Positions 1 through 14,422 are shown, numbered from the whole stretch's first letter. The stretch is 63,100 nucleotides of DNA, filler included, from Reticulomyxa filosa (GCA_000512085.1; 15 parts of 15 records of this genome joined end to end with filler, not necessarily neighbours in it), one strand, 5' to 3'. Notes: a model not told the origin generated them from the sequence alone. A program made the numbers and translations.

Positions 1-796
1 ATAGTGCCATTTAGGTATTGCGGTTTTTTTTGCAATCTACTGTACTTGAACGAAAATTTTTGCAAGTGATGATGTATCTATTCAGTAAATAGAACTTCGT
101 ATCGCTGTTTTTGTCCTGACTAGCCTTGCCGTCTTTCTTTAAACTTTTCTAGTTAAAAAAGAACATAGTACTCAAAAGAATAAATGAAATGAAAAAAATT
201 GGGAAAAAAAGAATAAGGCATAATGAAGCAAAAAATGAATATGAAAAGGGAACAATATTCAAAACAAAGATTTAGTTCAGAACTGTGATTGTACAATTAT
301 GATTCCAATTTATTCAATTGGAAATTGAACCTGAAATGAAATCAAATATGTGTGCTATAGATTGAGGTTTTCCTTTATTGATACTTCTTTAGTTTTATTT
401 AATAAAGTTTGTTGGATTCCGAATACATATCGCCAAAGTGAAAATATATTGCTTACACTACTAAGAGAATTGTCAAAATGAACTTCAGATTTCAACATAT
501 TGAAGTTAATAATACGAATTGTAGTATTTGTTTGTTTGAAATAGGAATTTTGACTTAAAGCTATCATTTCATTTTAAGAGAACTAAAAGTGTTCGTTGAT
601 AACGACAAATTTTGATAGCATCAAACAAGGTGATACTTCTGGTTAAAGAAATAACGTATTCTTTCTAAAGTTCAATGCAAATCGATGAAAAAAAGTGTTC
701 GTGTTGTTTAGAATCAAAAGGGCGACTTTAAAAATGCACTTTTTGATCAAATTTGTTCAAAGCTAAGAATTTCGCAAAATCAAAGAAATTGAAAGA

Positions 797-2169
797 ATGA
801 CTACTCTCAGTACTAAAAAAGAAACCTCATCTGTAAGTTTTAGTTCAAGCTTTCAAAATTGGCTGTCTTCAGATTTTATTGTACTTGTTTACGTGTTTGT
901 AATTGAACCAGTCAGAGGAAATCCTAATCATTATTCAACATTGGATTAGAATATTAAGCATTAAATTGGGATGGATCCATGACTTTGATAAACTTGTTGC
1001 TAAATATGTTCGTTTTTTTTATTTTTCATTCGCTGACAAACAAATATTTATTGATTTTATTATTTATTATCATTATCTAACACAGGCCACAGTTTTCATA
1101 ATTGACTCATTTTGTTCAACATCTAAATTACTTAAAACATTTATTGGACATAGCAGCTATGTTTGGAGTATTGATTATTCAAAACTCGATTATGGTCAAT
1201 TCATTTGTTCTGGATCAGATGATGGTACAGTCCGCGTATGGGATACTAAGAATAATAAACATATTAAATTATTTGGTGGACACTCTAATCAATTTTATTG
1301 TGTGAAATTTTCAACTTATTATAATCATCATCGTAATGTCATTTGCTCTTCATCTTATGACAAAACAATTCGTTTCTGGGATATCAAAGATAATCAACAG
1401 CAAATATGCAATGGACACACGGATTGTATTGGTGGTATTGAATTTTCACCATTTAATGGTGGACGATATTTGTGTTCTGGATCATTTGACAAAACAATTC
1501 GTTTATGGGATATTGAAGAGTTCAAATCATTGAAATTTTCAATGGTCATGAAGATTGCGTTTGGTGTGTGGATATTTCACCATTGCAAAGTAATAACAAA
1601 AATGATAATAAAAGTAATAATATTGGTGTTGTTGGTGGCAATGGATATACTATTTGCTCTGGATCATGGGATACAACCATTCGTATATGGGATATTGAAA
1701 CAGCCAAGCAATCCATTGTATTCAAAGGACATGATAATTATGTATGGAGCGTAAAATATGGATCACATGAATTAGGAATTAATGGTGGTGCAAATACAAT
1801 ATTATCTGGATCATGGGATAAAAGTGTTCGTTTGTGGGATATTCGATCTGGTCAACAAATTCAAGCGTTCAATGGGCATACAGATGATGTAAATGCAGTA
1901 GAATATTCACCATTTGTAGTGGCTAATATCGATGTCGGTTGTTCAAATGTAATATGCTCTGGGTCAAGAGATAATACAATTCGTTTTTGGGATATTCGAA
2001 CAAATAAGAATAAATTGTATTTAATCAATGGAGATAAGAAAGAAGATTGTGGAATATTATGTCTTAAGTTTCTACAATTAAACAAGAAAAAAAACGCAAT
2101 AATGATCATGATAATAGTATTAATCTATGTTATGGTTCAAACAAGGGCCCAATTCATATTTGGGGATAG
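797..2169 (+). CDS. WD40-repeat protein of an expanded family; two frameshifts, so possibly a pseudogene
   Basis: Repeated GH...WD units (GHSSYVWSID..CSGSDDGTVRVWD; GHTDCIGGIEFS..CSGSFDKTIRLWD; GHDNYVWSVK..LSGSWDKSVRLWD). ATG at 797 is followed by a GTAAG intron. The frame shifts near 1533 and near 2090, both in A runs. The restored C-terminus reads LCYGSNKGPIHIWG-TAG. Confidence 0.9.
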
Positions 2170-2631
2170 TATTATTTTTTTATCTTCCTAATTTCATAAA
2201 TTTCAAAATTGATGTTCGTAATGCAAAGTCTTTTCCTTTGACAGGACGAACAAAAAGTTTATCGCACATATATTGTCATGAAACTCGATAAAACAAGGCC
2301 AAAGCAGAAATACAATAACATCAAACAGAACATATTGTTCTTAATAGGTAATTCGATTGAAGTACTACCATTTTGGACTCTTGTTTTGATACAATACGTC
2401 CTAAAAGAAGCAATAAAGTGCTCAAGAATATAAGTTGATAATCAATCCATACATAAATTGAAGACAAACTAAAAACTTGTTCTCTACAATCTAATTGCAA
2501 ATAATTTTATATGTTTTGCAACATGGACTGCTTTTTACTGAATCAAGTGCAGATGAAATGTTAAAAGAAGTCAATTAGTTTGACGGTGATATCAGATGCC
2601 CGCCTACTTTACAGATTGTAAGAAAAATCTT

Positions 2632-5600
2632 TCACATAATTACACAAGAGTCCATGAAACTCATGTTTTTTACCCCTTCACTTTCAAACAATTTTTTTTG
2701 TTCTTCTGACAACTCTTCTCCCACCTAAGAACACAAAACAACATCCGTATCGTTTGAAGAGAAACATGAAAATAGATACAAATCATGAAGAAATGTTGTA
2801 CAAACCATTTGTTTGATTTGAGCAGGTAAATAGGATAGTATGTCCATGACCTCTTTGCTTTTATTAAAAGGACCTGATGCACTTCCTTCTTTAGTTTGAT
2901 GCACAAAATATTCCATCAGTTCTCTGTCTTTCTCACAGTAATCGCTTCTCAAATAAAATAACAAATAAGCAGTTTTTGCTTTAACGTCCAGTGAAGATAT
3001 CTGTCGTACTCTGTGATCATCAAACAAATACCACTTCTTTATCGTGCTATTGGGATGAGTCAAATCGCGACATAAACAATTGGCGACATAATGTCCACCT
3101 CCACTACGCCCGTAATGATGCTATGTTATCATTGTCATCGCTTCTCAATATTGCAAACAATCGTTGTGTAATTTTCAAAAAAAAACAAATGCAAAAAGAT
3201 CAGTCCTTCCCAAAGTTACTCGATACATACCACTACCCCAAATAAATGATATGTCGTCGGGACATTATTTTCGTCATTGACATTAAGCGTATCTGGATAT
3301 GCTTCGTTTGTTTGTTTTTCTTCTGTCTTTTCTTTTTCTTCTTTCCTGTGTTTTATATTTATTACTTATTTCTGTTTGATGCGGAACAAAAATTGCGAAT
3401 GCAATACAAAACTGTTTTGGCAGTCCTTTTTTTCTGGGGACCACAAAAGGCTCCATGTCAAAGTACTTGAGCAAATATTCAACGTTCGTGTCAATTTTTC
3501 CGCCGTTGTGGCTATTTCGTTTTAGATGAAATATTAACACGGGAGGGGTCGACCAGATGCGATGCGATTTGATTGTTGTGTTAGTCTTATGACAACCTGG
3601 ACACGTGTAACTTTGGATTGCAAATTGTCAAAACATACAATACACTTTGCTATTTTTTTTGGAAAAAACAAGAAACAATGGGTGCGTCATCGTCATAAAA
3701 AGTGTAACTCTGGCTGTTTTTCTTCTTTTTGGTACTCTCGAATGCAATCTCCAATGGAAATTGGCCTATTGGCAATCCGCACATACATTAAAAAAAAAAG
3801 CGTTACATTTACAATAACTTACGGTCATGAAATGATTAATTTTTTTCAAAACTTATTTACAATATGAATATGCTCTTGCACCGAGGAATGCTCTAACACA
3901 TTTTCAAATACTAGTTGAGTGTGATGGCTAAATTGGGTATTCCAGTTACTATATTCCCGCATTTGCTTTTGAAAGATGTCCCTTTGATTGGATTGATTAG
4001 TTTTCGTATCATTTTTTTGAACAGCATTTTGTGAGCTGTTATTCGAAGAAGAAGAAGCATTCGTTTTTGTATTTACAGCGGTAACAATTTCATCGACATC
4101 CATTCCGGCGTCAACAATCTCCTTTTCAATTCGACTTTGTAAGAAGCATTTGAAGAATGATTCGTCCCAATCAATAGCCAAATACTCTTTTTGTTCGTCA
4201 AATTCCAACAATTCCATATGTTCGTCTCTGTTGTTGGCTTCAGTCTTCTCATCGCTTGACGTTGACTCTATTGGTTGGATTGAGTTTATGGTTGTGTCTT
4301 AATTATATTGAGTTCTGTGTCAGCTGCATGACAGCAGAACAACAGAATATGGACTTAACGAAGACAATATGGAATGATACACCCAGAGCAATATTTATCC
4401 CAAGTGCAGCGATAGCACTTTTTACCGAGCATGTCAACTCGTTTCAACACAAAAGGTAGCTCAGTTTGTGCACAGCCATCGGTCCACCATACGCGTGAAG
4501 GACACAATGTAGTTTCTTTGCTATTCACTGCGTTGGTTCGTTTTTTGTTCGTTTCTTGCATTAAATTCCCAAAGATATAGTAATAGCTATTGGCTAATGA
4601 GTTGAACAGATCCGACGCTTTTTGTCCAGGCGGACGGGACTGGCCGGATTTTTTCGAAACTGTTTCATTGCTTGTTTTGATTTGTATTCCATTCAAATAG
4701 CGAAATTGAATCAAATTCCATATCATATGATATAAATCATTGGCAGTAAATCCTTTTTTTGGTAAAAATAACATTACCGGTAATCCAAATGGATGAGGTT
4801 CTGATTCGCGTATAAACCAATTTCTTTGCTTTTGTTTATTTATTTTTTTTTATTTTTTTATTTTTATTTTTCAAAGCAAGCACAAACTAAACTGGCACTA
4901 CTCTTCGATGAATACAACGCAATGGCAATACGTGATATGGAATATCGATTTGAGCCAATTGATATTTATGCTGTGGGCTGACCGATTTAACCTTGGTACC
5001 CAACACCTGAATTCTGGGCGAGTCGTACGGGATCCATTCGTCTGATTGGGCGTCGGTGTTCAAATAGTGGATCCGGATCATCCACTTCCCTCGTAATTCA
5101 TCGGTCGTTTTCACATCCGTGGACACCTTCTCTTTGGACGGAGTTTTCTCGTCTGTATTGGACGGGCTTTGTTGCTGTGTTGACGACGGCCCTAGCACGG
5201 CCTTCAGGAAATCAGAACGGGTCTTGGTCTGCGCCGGATCGGCGATAGTCGATGCGCTTGCTTCATCTTGCAAACGATTTTCGTTTTGAGTTGTGGCGCT
5301 CATTTGCTTTTTAAATGGCTGTAGTCGAACGCAATTGCATTGCTTGGCCTCGTTGGGATGTTCGTCGATATAATGGTTATACACATCTTCAAATAATTTC
5401 ATGTCCAATACCTCTACTTCGCACCACGTATTGGAGTGGTCATACACATCAAAATGTCCGCCCGGACGTATACCGAGTGGAGCACTTTGCACGCCATGCC
5501 TGTCACTGACAATGGTCTCCCACGGGGGTGCTTCGTATCTGCACATATTGATACAATCATCAAAACTGATACAAACAAATAAAATGAAGTAAAATGTTTG

Positions 5601-8600
5601 CTCTTAACAATACAACGATGTCATGCAATTGAATGCCTTGAACACTCTTATCCAAAGAAATAAATTGTCGGATCGCGTTCGACACAATATGGGCAGGGAC
5701 GAGCAAATGTGGAGCAATTCCGGTCAGATGGCTGACACGACGAACGACACCGCGAATATTTGTATTTTGGGTCAGTCGGAAATTGTAACGCACCGGTTTG
5801 CGATAAGGATGATAATAGTGAACAATGACATTCAAAAAAATGTCAGAAATTTCGGGAATTGGCAAAGACAGCATTTGATAAGGTTCAAATTTGTTATTTA
5901 CACGTCCGCATTCATTGCATTTTAATGTGTTTTTGTACTGTCCTTCACACAGATTGACGATTACCGATTGCTCTCTTTGCATATGGCATTCCCAATGCTC
6001 TTTCGCCACAGTTTCGTCTGGTCTTCCGTTGCTGTCTTCGATTGGGACATAAGGTTTTTCCTTTATAGATGTGTTTTTATTGATTGTATTGTCCTCTTTG
6101 GAAACAAATAAACAAAAGATACTTTGACACGGTTTAGCCCTTCGTGAATGCCGGTAAGTAATGCTTGCAAGGCTTCTTGACTATCATGTTGTTCGTGTCC
6201 TTCGAAAAGTGGATTGACCAAAGTAACTGCGGTCTTGACATTTCGTGGCATATGGGTGCTGAATGACTGCGAGGACCACATTTGATTGAACAACGCGCCA
6301 ACTGCCAATGGCACTCGCCAATAGTCGGGATCGTCGTCAAATTTTTTGAATTTGTTCAGTTCATTGATAAACACTTTGGATAAAAAGTACTCGGTCAAAG
6401 GTGTTGTGTGAGATAAGCATTGAAGGGCCGCATTTAAATAGCATGTGTTTCCCATGTTTCGTAATCCAATGATACCGAATGACAAATTCAGTTTTTGAAT
6501 GTCCTCAGTGGTCAAAGACTGGGAGGAGTTCACCTGTGCAATGCTCTTATCCTTTGATATCGCTGGGTCTGTCGTGGAGGTCGTTTCCTCCACTTTGACG
6601 TCAATGTGAATTTCAATCTTTTCTTGTTCGTTGTTGTTTTCATAGTGATCCGCCTGATTCAATGTGGAATGAAGTCCTTGCACGCCGGTCCATTTACCAT
6701 TTGCCTCTGTCACTTCCAAATACAAATAGCCATTGATTTCAATCTTTGCCTGTTGCAATGTGGTGACCTCATTTAGCAAAAGGATGCTGTGAGCTGTGTG
6801 TTGAGACTCTTTGTCTTTCTGTTCGTTTGAAGAAGAAGAAGAAGGACGAGAGTTGGCAATGTTTGTGTTATTGTCATTGGATGCAGTTTTATTAGGATCA
6901 GAGCTTGAATTAGGATTGAGACTTGAACCTGGATTGTTTTGTTCTGGTGTGTCTTTCTTTTTTTGTTTGGCGCCACAAAGGGCCTGACCACAACACCATT
7001 GATTGTCTCCCATCAATGCACTATAGGCCAACGACTCGGTGGAGATTTGCAACAGACCACCTTGATGCTGTTTGACGACGAGCTCTTTGCGTCCTTTCAA
7101 GTCCCACAGTCGCAAATGCTGCATTTGCAAAGGGGCATTATTTACAACCGCGGCGCGAACAATGTGATCATAGCGAGCAAGTATTTCGACAATGTAAGCC
7201 ATGGATGTGTGTTGAGAAAACAACAAGTCCCATTGGTAATACATTCCATTGTCGACGTGTACAATCTTTTCTTTGTTTTGTTGTTTTTGGTACGATTCAA
7301 ACCAAGACATACTTCTCATCAACGTTGGAATCGCATCCACAAGCATCTCTTGCTGTCCATCGTCTTTCTTTTCCTCCTTTTTTTCGTCTTTCATTTCTAA
7401 CTCCAACTCTTCCTCCTTTTGTCTTGCCTTTTCATTTTCATCGCTGAATGCTTTGAAGTCCTCTTCCATCTTCATTTGTTCCATTCTCGACCGTGCATGA
7501 TCGAATACAATTGGATTTGTCTTGGTGTGGATGTGAATCCTCAATGGATAGATTTCCAAATACGAAATGTATTGCAATGTGTCATCCGTTTTATCCGAGC
7601 CATTGGAGACCCCAGCCTCGGCCTCAGTCTCGGCCCCGACTTTGGCGGATAAAGATGGGCCCGTCACAGAAACACCCACAATGTTTGCCATTAATGCAGG
7701 ACCACCGCCATACCATTGACTCAGCGTATTCCACACCACAGGAGGCACGGCTACGTAGTCGCGATTGGCTTCCAATCCCGTTCGAAATTGGAACACATCT
7801 GTATATATGTATATATTGTTTCCTTTCGCACTTATTGGCGAGAAAAAGATGAGAGGAGAATCGCTTACCTTTAAATCCGCCTACCAATGACGTGTTATCG
7901 ATCATTCCTGGTAGAGATGCGTCCAAAGGTAACTGTTCAGGATCATGTGTGTCTCGTTGCGACACGACATTGACTCGGCCATCGCTTCTTGTTTTGTACC
8001 TGTTGATGTATATACAAATTCATTTGATCATACTCCTTCTGTGTCAAGAGTATATCCGCAAACAAACAAACAAAAAAAACAAAGAGACAAACTCCAAGTC
8101 CAAGGCGGTGGCCCACACATCCCACCAGGGTTTGTGAATCAAATAGTACACGTCTCCGTACTCCTCAAAAGCAGGAAATTCGAGCGAGTCAACCACATCA
8201 TAGTGATCGGCGAGCAATTGCGTGATGACGGCCCTTTCGTAACTGGCGTGAGGAGGATGCAGTCCTAACACGACCATGGTAAATTGAGCGATGCTTTCAA
8301 ACAGCAAATCCAGATATTTCTTGCATTGTTGTTTGCATTCATTTTTGTGTAAGTGTTCAAGGTAACGAACAAATTGCGATACATTCATTGTCAATTCGCC
8401 ATGTTCATTTCTTTTTTTTAATATGTTTATATGTGTTTGTACATATAGATTGAATCTAATTTGATTTGGGAATGTTTGTTTTTTTTTGTTTTTTTTTAAG
8501 GTCAACTTGGATCCAAAGGTTTGCGCAATTTGATTGGCCAACTCTGACAATTTTGTCATTTCCACATTCGTTGTGGATATGTCTTCCGTCAATTTGTAAG

Positions 8601-10842
8601 CCTGTTCGCTTCCAAACAGATCGCATGCGGTGCTCAAGTAGTTTGTCACATCGTTTTCGCTCAGTGCGTTGTCGTAATTGCTTTCAAAGCTATTGAACAG
8701 CACTGTTTGTTATTGTTTTTCAAACACGCACATGCTCTACGATTGGTGATCAAAAAAAAAAAGAAAAAAACACACACGAAACTGTGAGCGTAATCGATAG
8801 TTTGCTCCGCTTTTCCAAATATGACAGCCGATGCAAAGATGAAATCTTTGAATTCAACTTTCTTGTTTCGATTTCCATCTAATCCCTAATTTTGTTATTT
8901 GAAAATATATTGTTCATCTTCTTCTTCAAAAAAAAAAAAAAAAAACGCAACAGAGAAAATGAATTTTTTCAGTGACGAATTAAAGCGCTCTTTTTTCCAA
9001 AATTCGTCAAACACTTGCGCAAATTGTGGATAAGTTAAATATTGTCCATTGTTATATTGACAAATAGACAAGTTGTTGAACCAGCCATTGAATAACCTCG
9101 CTACTTGCCAAATGGAAACTACACGCCGCAAAGGACAAAAAGGACAAAAAAGACAAAAAGGATAGAAAGATACATAGTATACATACATATATACATGCAC
9201 ACATACACATATATGCACGACATTAGTGTTAAATGAAGTGAAAAAAAAAAACAGTGGTAACAATGAGTGAGAACGGAGGCATGATAAATATCTCCACACA
9301 AATTGAAAGCAATGTGATCACGTGTAATGTCGGAGTGGACAGTGGCAATGGCTAATGGAGATTGTTTGGAAGGGAGGCTGAGAGAGTCAAAAATACTAAC
9401 TTCGTCATTGGAACGAAGTCCCAGTTCGCGTTGAAAAAAGGAAGATATTTGATTGGAGAAATGAGAAATGTCTTCATTCCAAATATAGTGATGTGTATTT
9501 TGCCACTCCTTTGCAGCGCTCTTCAGCTTTGCTTTCGCTTGCAATTGGCAGTCGAGCAAATTCGACAAGTCGTACACGAGCCACGACAACAGTCCATTGC
9601 CCGCGGACATATGTTTCCATTCATAGAATTCGCACCAATGCACAAACTGTTCCAAGGTTATCACGTCTTGTGGCAAAGGAGGGGGATTTGGCAATATATA
9701 CTCTCCGTTTACTTCTTCTTTCTTTGATTCATTTGTTTCTTTATCGGATGATTGTATCACATTCAATTCACTTCCTTTCTCTTTGTCTTTGTCTTTATCT
9801 TTTTCTTTATCTTTTTCTTTTTTCTTTATCTTTTTCTTTGTGATGTTTTTCATCCTCTTCTTCTTCAATCGGCTCTTCGTCATTGACCCTTTTTTTAAGT
9901 GAACGCAAAAAAACTCTCTCCTACCAGCTCAAGCAGACAAACCGACAGCCGTGACAAAACTGCTCGTGCGTGCTCGAATTGAAGCGATTTGGGGAGATGA
10001 TCGCGGCCATTGGTCGATTGGAGCTTTCCGGAGCTTCGCGCGTCGACCCTTTTTCCGAAAGAAATTTATCCGAATTGAAGGCGAACAGCTCGCGCAGCAA
10101 CGAGCTGGGCGACCTCTTTCCAAAGGACGTTTGCAGTTCGACGAGGATCGACAATATCTCTTCTACTTGCTCGAAGCGCAGTTGGTCACGCATTCCAATG
10201 TCAAACATGTACCAAAGAACTTAACGTACAAACCAAACAGACAAGCAAACACAATGTCCCGATAAGGATGCGTTATATGCATGTGTGTGTTATTTTTTTT
10301 TTTTTTTGTAGTTGTTTGCTTGTTTATTAACATGCAGCCTTTTCTGCAATCGTCCCTTTCAATAAAATTGTCATTCCGATCACAAACTGCTCTTTGCTAA
10401 TATAAAAGTAGTTGAGTGGCGGAGCAACTAACACAGACCGTTTGAGTACAGGCCTAGGGATGTTGAGCGCGCCACCGCTTCCATTCGCGCTTGCAGTTGC
10501 GTTTTTGCTGCCGAAAATTGAAAATTTACTACCAATTGTCGGGGAATGCGATGAACCTGAAAGTAACGTGGGAAATGGCTTGGATGCTGGATACATGTGA
10601 TCTTGGTGCGTCGCATTTGCTTCACACAAATGCTGAAACACATAAAACATTCGATCTGTTAATAGCTTTGGAATAAATGGAAACACGTATTGCTCAAACG
10701 TCGATTTGTTCAACTCGTCGGACACCACTGAAGATTGAAAAATTTCAAAACTACGTAAGAGGCGGGCCAAGGATTTTTCATCCCAGCGAGCAACTGCTTC
10801 TTCATGAGTTAAAATAGACAAGATACTTTCCCTGTTGCCCAT
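2632..10842 (-). CDS. USP32: Ubiquitin carboxyl-terminal hydrolase, USP32-like (EF-hand-like N-terminus, DUSP, USP catalytic domain, CaaX); multi-exon
   Basis: N-terminus MGNRESILSILTHEEAVAR resembles animal USP32 MGAKES..LSYEEALRR. DUSP motifs: YYLIHKPWW, PGMIDNTSL, DYVAVPPVVWNTLSQWYGGGP. Cys box GLRNMGNTCYLNAALQCLSHT; QHDSQE; His box HHYGRSGGGHYVA...WYLFDD..AYLLFY. The spliced last exon ends ...SFMDSCVIM-TGA at 2632. Confidence 0.9.
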
Positions 10843-11494
10843 TTTAACTTCAAATAATCTAATAGTTTTCCCTGAAACTTCTTACTTTCCCAATTTTCTC
10901 TCACTCTTTGTTACAATTTACTTTTTTGAACAAACTGTTTTGTTTATTAAACTTATCCAAAACACATTTTTTATACATTTTCCTAACCACATTAAACTTA
11001 ACGATTACTGGTGCACCAGCCAATATTATATACGAACAAAACAGAACAACGCGAAGATCAGCTGTAAAGTTCTTCACATAGGTCAAGTTAATAAGAGGAA
11101 AATGCTATCCAACTTAGAATTTTAGTATTACAAGAATATGAACCAAAAAAAGAAAAATATTAATCTGATGGAAATTTTAAGTATAAATACAAAATGGACG
11201 ACCTACATTGTGAAATGTAAAATAGCATTAGCATTCAGTGTATTTAGGACAATACAATGAAATTGACAGCCATTGTTTATAACGCATTTTTAACGGAAAT
11301 ATATTGTTTTTTCATTTGAAGATTGATATTGTTGCTGAAAGCGATTATACAATACAATCTTTTATACTAAAGGTTAACTGTACGTACACAGTTTCAGAAA
11401 ACATATGATTACTCTGTGCTGTGCATAACATTGAATTTGGGTTTATTCATATTTTCTATTTCGAGCTGATTTTGAACAACTAACTGTTTTTTTT

Positions 11495-11594
11495 NNNNNN
11501 NNNNNNNNNNNNNNNNNNNNNNNNNNNNNNNNNNNNNNTTAATTAATTAANNNNNNNNNNNNNNNNNNNNNNNNNNNNNNNNNNNNNNNNNNNN
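11495..11594. other. Artificial contig-joining spacer N44-TTAATTAATTAA-N44 (first of 14)
   Basis: Identical 100-bp spacers start at 11495, 13352, 15111, 18337, 20021, 23410, 27580, 28911, 33637, 36684, 38503, 49071, 50524 and 57480. The palindromic core gives stops in all six frames. Confidence 0.98.
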
Positions 11595-11631
<37 letters not shown>

Positions 11632-12224
11632 GTCTTTGTCGACTTGGACTTTTTATTGCCACTCTTTTCCTTTTTCTTCCTGTCATCGTCCTGCGCATTT
11701 TCATTTTCCGTTTCGGTCTCGGTCTCGGTCTCGGTCTCGGCCTCAGTGGTCTCCACCTCTGTCCCTGCTTCCGTTTCGCCTTCACTCTCGTCGTTTTCGA
11801 GTAACGGCATGCCCATGTCCAGTGAAAATGCACCCTTGATCCAAACATCGGCGTCAGGGGCACTACTGCTTCGTGGTCTCCGTGCAGAGGGAGTGGTGTT
11901 GCCACTGACATTGTTGCTTGTCGTCGTGTTATTGTCCCCAGACAGAATGTTGTTGTCCAAGCGCTGCAAGAATACATCGATTCGAATGGACTTGCCGTTG
12001 GTTGTATTTAAATTGAAGATTTGCTGCGCGTCTTTTTTCGGCAAGTCACTGAAGCTCGACAGAGCATTGAAGAACTCTTCGAATGTTACCGTCCCATCGT
12101 CGTCTGTGTCGTTATATTCCAAGTGCGAGCGAACGCGAGACAGCATTACAGGACCCTTTTTTTTTTTTTTTTTAAATGCAATGTCATACAAATATATATA
12201 CAATGATATATATACATATACATA

Positions 12225-12259
<35 letters not shown>

Positions 12260-13295
12260 ATATCATTGTATATATATACATATATAACATTGTATATATA
12301 CATTATATAATGTATACATAAAATTTATACTCGCGTTTGTTCGGCAATGGGAACCATTTTTTGAAAAATGTATTGAATGACGTCTTCGACCGAGTTCATG
12401 TCGACAGCATAATTTTGGATGCGCTTCAAAAAGGGCTGAAGTTGCAACTCGGTGATAATAGAAATGGTCTTTCGCTTTTTGTTTGACTTGCGATGACCGT
12501 TCAAATCTGAAGTCAAAGGCTGAGAAAACGTAAATTGCGGGGAAGAAGAGGTAGAAGCAGGTGCGGAATGAAATTGGTTCATTTGTTGAAGCATTTCTGC
12601 CATGGCCTGCATTTCATCAAGTTCGTCACTTTCGGCCACCGTGTCTTTTTGTTGCATTTCCACAAACATGTCAAATACATAGCGACATTCTTGTTCGGTA
12701 CATTGGTGATAAAATATTTTGACGCCTTCGAAAAACTCTGGAAAATCCAATCGTCCTGTACTCGACTCGTCCAAGTCCATGAATTCATTGCAAAGGCGAC
12801 CGTACACTTCGTCTCTCAATGGCTTTTCATTGGCTTTGCGATACAATTGTTTTTCATTGATGACGTGGTTATTGGTTAATATATTCAGCTTTGAGTCGTC
12901 ATTACCATCGTCGTCTTCGTCATCTCCCTCTCTGTCGTCGTCGTCGCCGTCGCCATCGTCGTTGTCGTTGTCGTTGTCATTGTTATCACTTTTGTCATTG
13001 TCGTCGTGGTCGCCCAGTAGACTTAGTGTTGACATTGGCCATTGCTTTTTCTTCTTCTTTTCCTTGGCCGCTGTTGCCATTTGTGTCACTTTCTCCATTG
13101 CATATTTCAATAAGCGTCCGTCCGTGTGCATTTTATTTTTATTTTTCTTCTTTTTATCTTTGCCTGTGTCGCTGTCGTTGTCGTTGTCTTTGTCATTGTC
13201 GTTTTGCTTTTCTTCTTCTTCTGCTTTTCGAAATTCTTCATATATGTCTTGGAGGTTCTCTAATATTGCTTCACCTTCGACGTCCGTGTTGTTCC
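11595..13295 (-). CDS. EF-hand calcium-binding protein (partial at both ends)
   Basis: EF-hand loops DESSTGRLDFPEF and DTDDDGTVTFEEF, plus a degenerate NTTNGKSIRIDVF. Acidic D/N-rich and ET-repeat linkers. A TA-rich intron lies at ~12157-12330. Confidence 0.75.
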
Positions 13296-13318
13296 TTCAA
13301 CACAAATCATATCACATG

Positions 13319-13350
<32 letters not shown>

Positions 13351-13501
13351 CNNNNNNNNNNNNNNNNNNNNNNNNNNNNNNNNNNNNNNNNNNNNTTAAT
13401 TAATTAANNNNNNNNNNNNNNNNNNNNNNNNNNNNNNNNNNNNNNNNNNNNAAAAACAAGAAACAACTTACATATACACCTAGCACTATGCACAACATGC
13501 A

Positions 13502-14341
13502 TTAAAGTATATGACAGGAGCACAAAGGACGTAGCAAAAGTGGTCCTGTGCACGCAAAAAACAAAAACATGTTTTTTGTCGGTTGTGGTTGTAGTTGCAC
13601 CTTGCATCGGTGTTTGAATGATGTGTACATACTTGTTTTGGAGGCCAGCTTTTGCAAAGTATAGGAGATGCATTGTCTTTGATGGATATGGAAGCAGACG
13701 CCATGTGAGCTCGAAATGTGATAATGGCTTACCAGTCGATGCAACACGATATAAGAGATGGCTGGAAGGGTGAACTCTTCAAACGGGTTGTCGTGGAGAC
13801 AACGAGACCGTGAGTGGCTGTGCTCGTTCCATGGGCGTGTCAACTCGACTATGAGAGATCGAATTTGGTTGCTTCGAACCATTTCCAAAGGGGTCGAGGA
13901 AAAATCGCACATATCAACTACTAAGCGCAACACTCTTTTTATCAACTTTGCCAACTCCTCACTTAATTCTTTGTGTTGTTGTTCTAAACATTTCCATTCA
14001 CTTTTATTTCGTGGGCTATCATATTTTTTTTTTTCAAAAAAAAATTTCATCTTACATTATATCATATCATCACAATATCCACACACATACACACACACAC
14101 ACACACATACCTGATAATACATAGTAGTCTCCATAGACAACTCACAAAACATCCATATTGATTCAAAATATCGATCCATTGTTGTTTGATTTTAGCGTTT
14201 TGAGCTTGCGACAGTAGCTGTTCAAAAAACTTGAGCAATCCATTGTTTATGTCCAGTGTACTCAGTTGCAGTGGAAAGCTCAGACGAGGGGAAATATCTT
14301 TGATTTGTTGATACAATTGTTCACCTTCTTTTTCGTCATTG

Positions 14342-14422
<81 letters not shown>

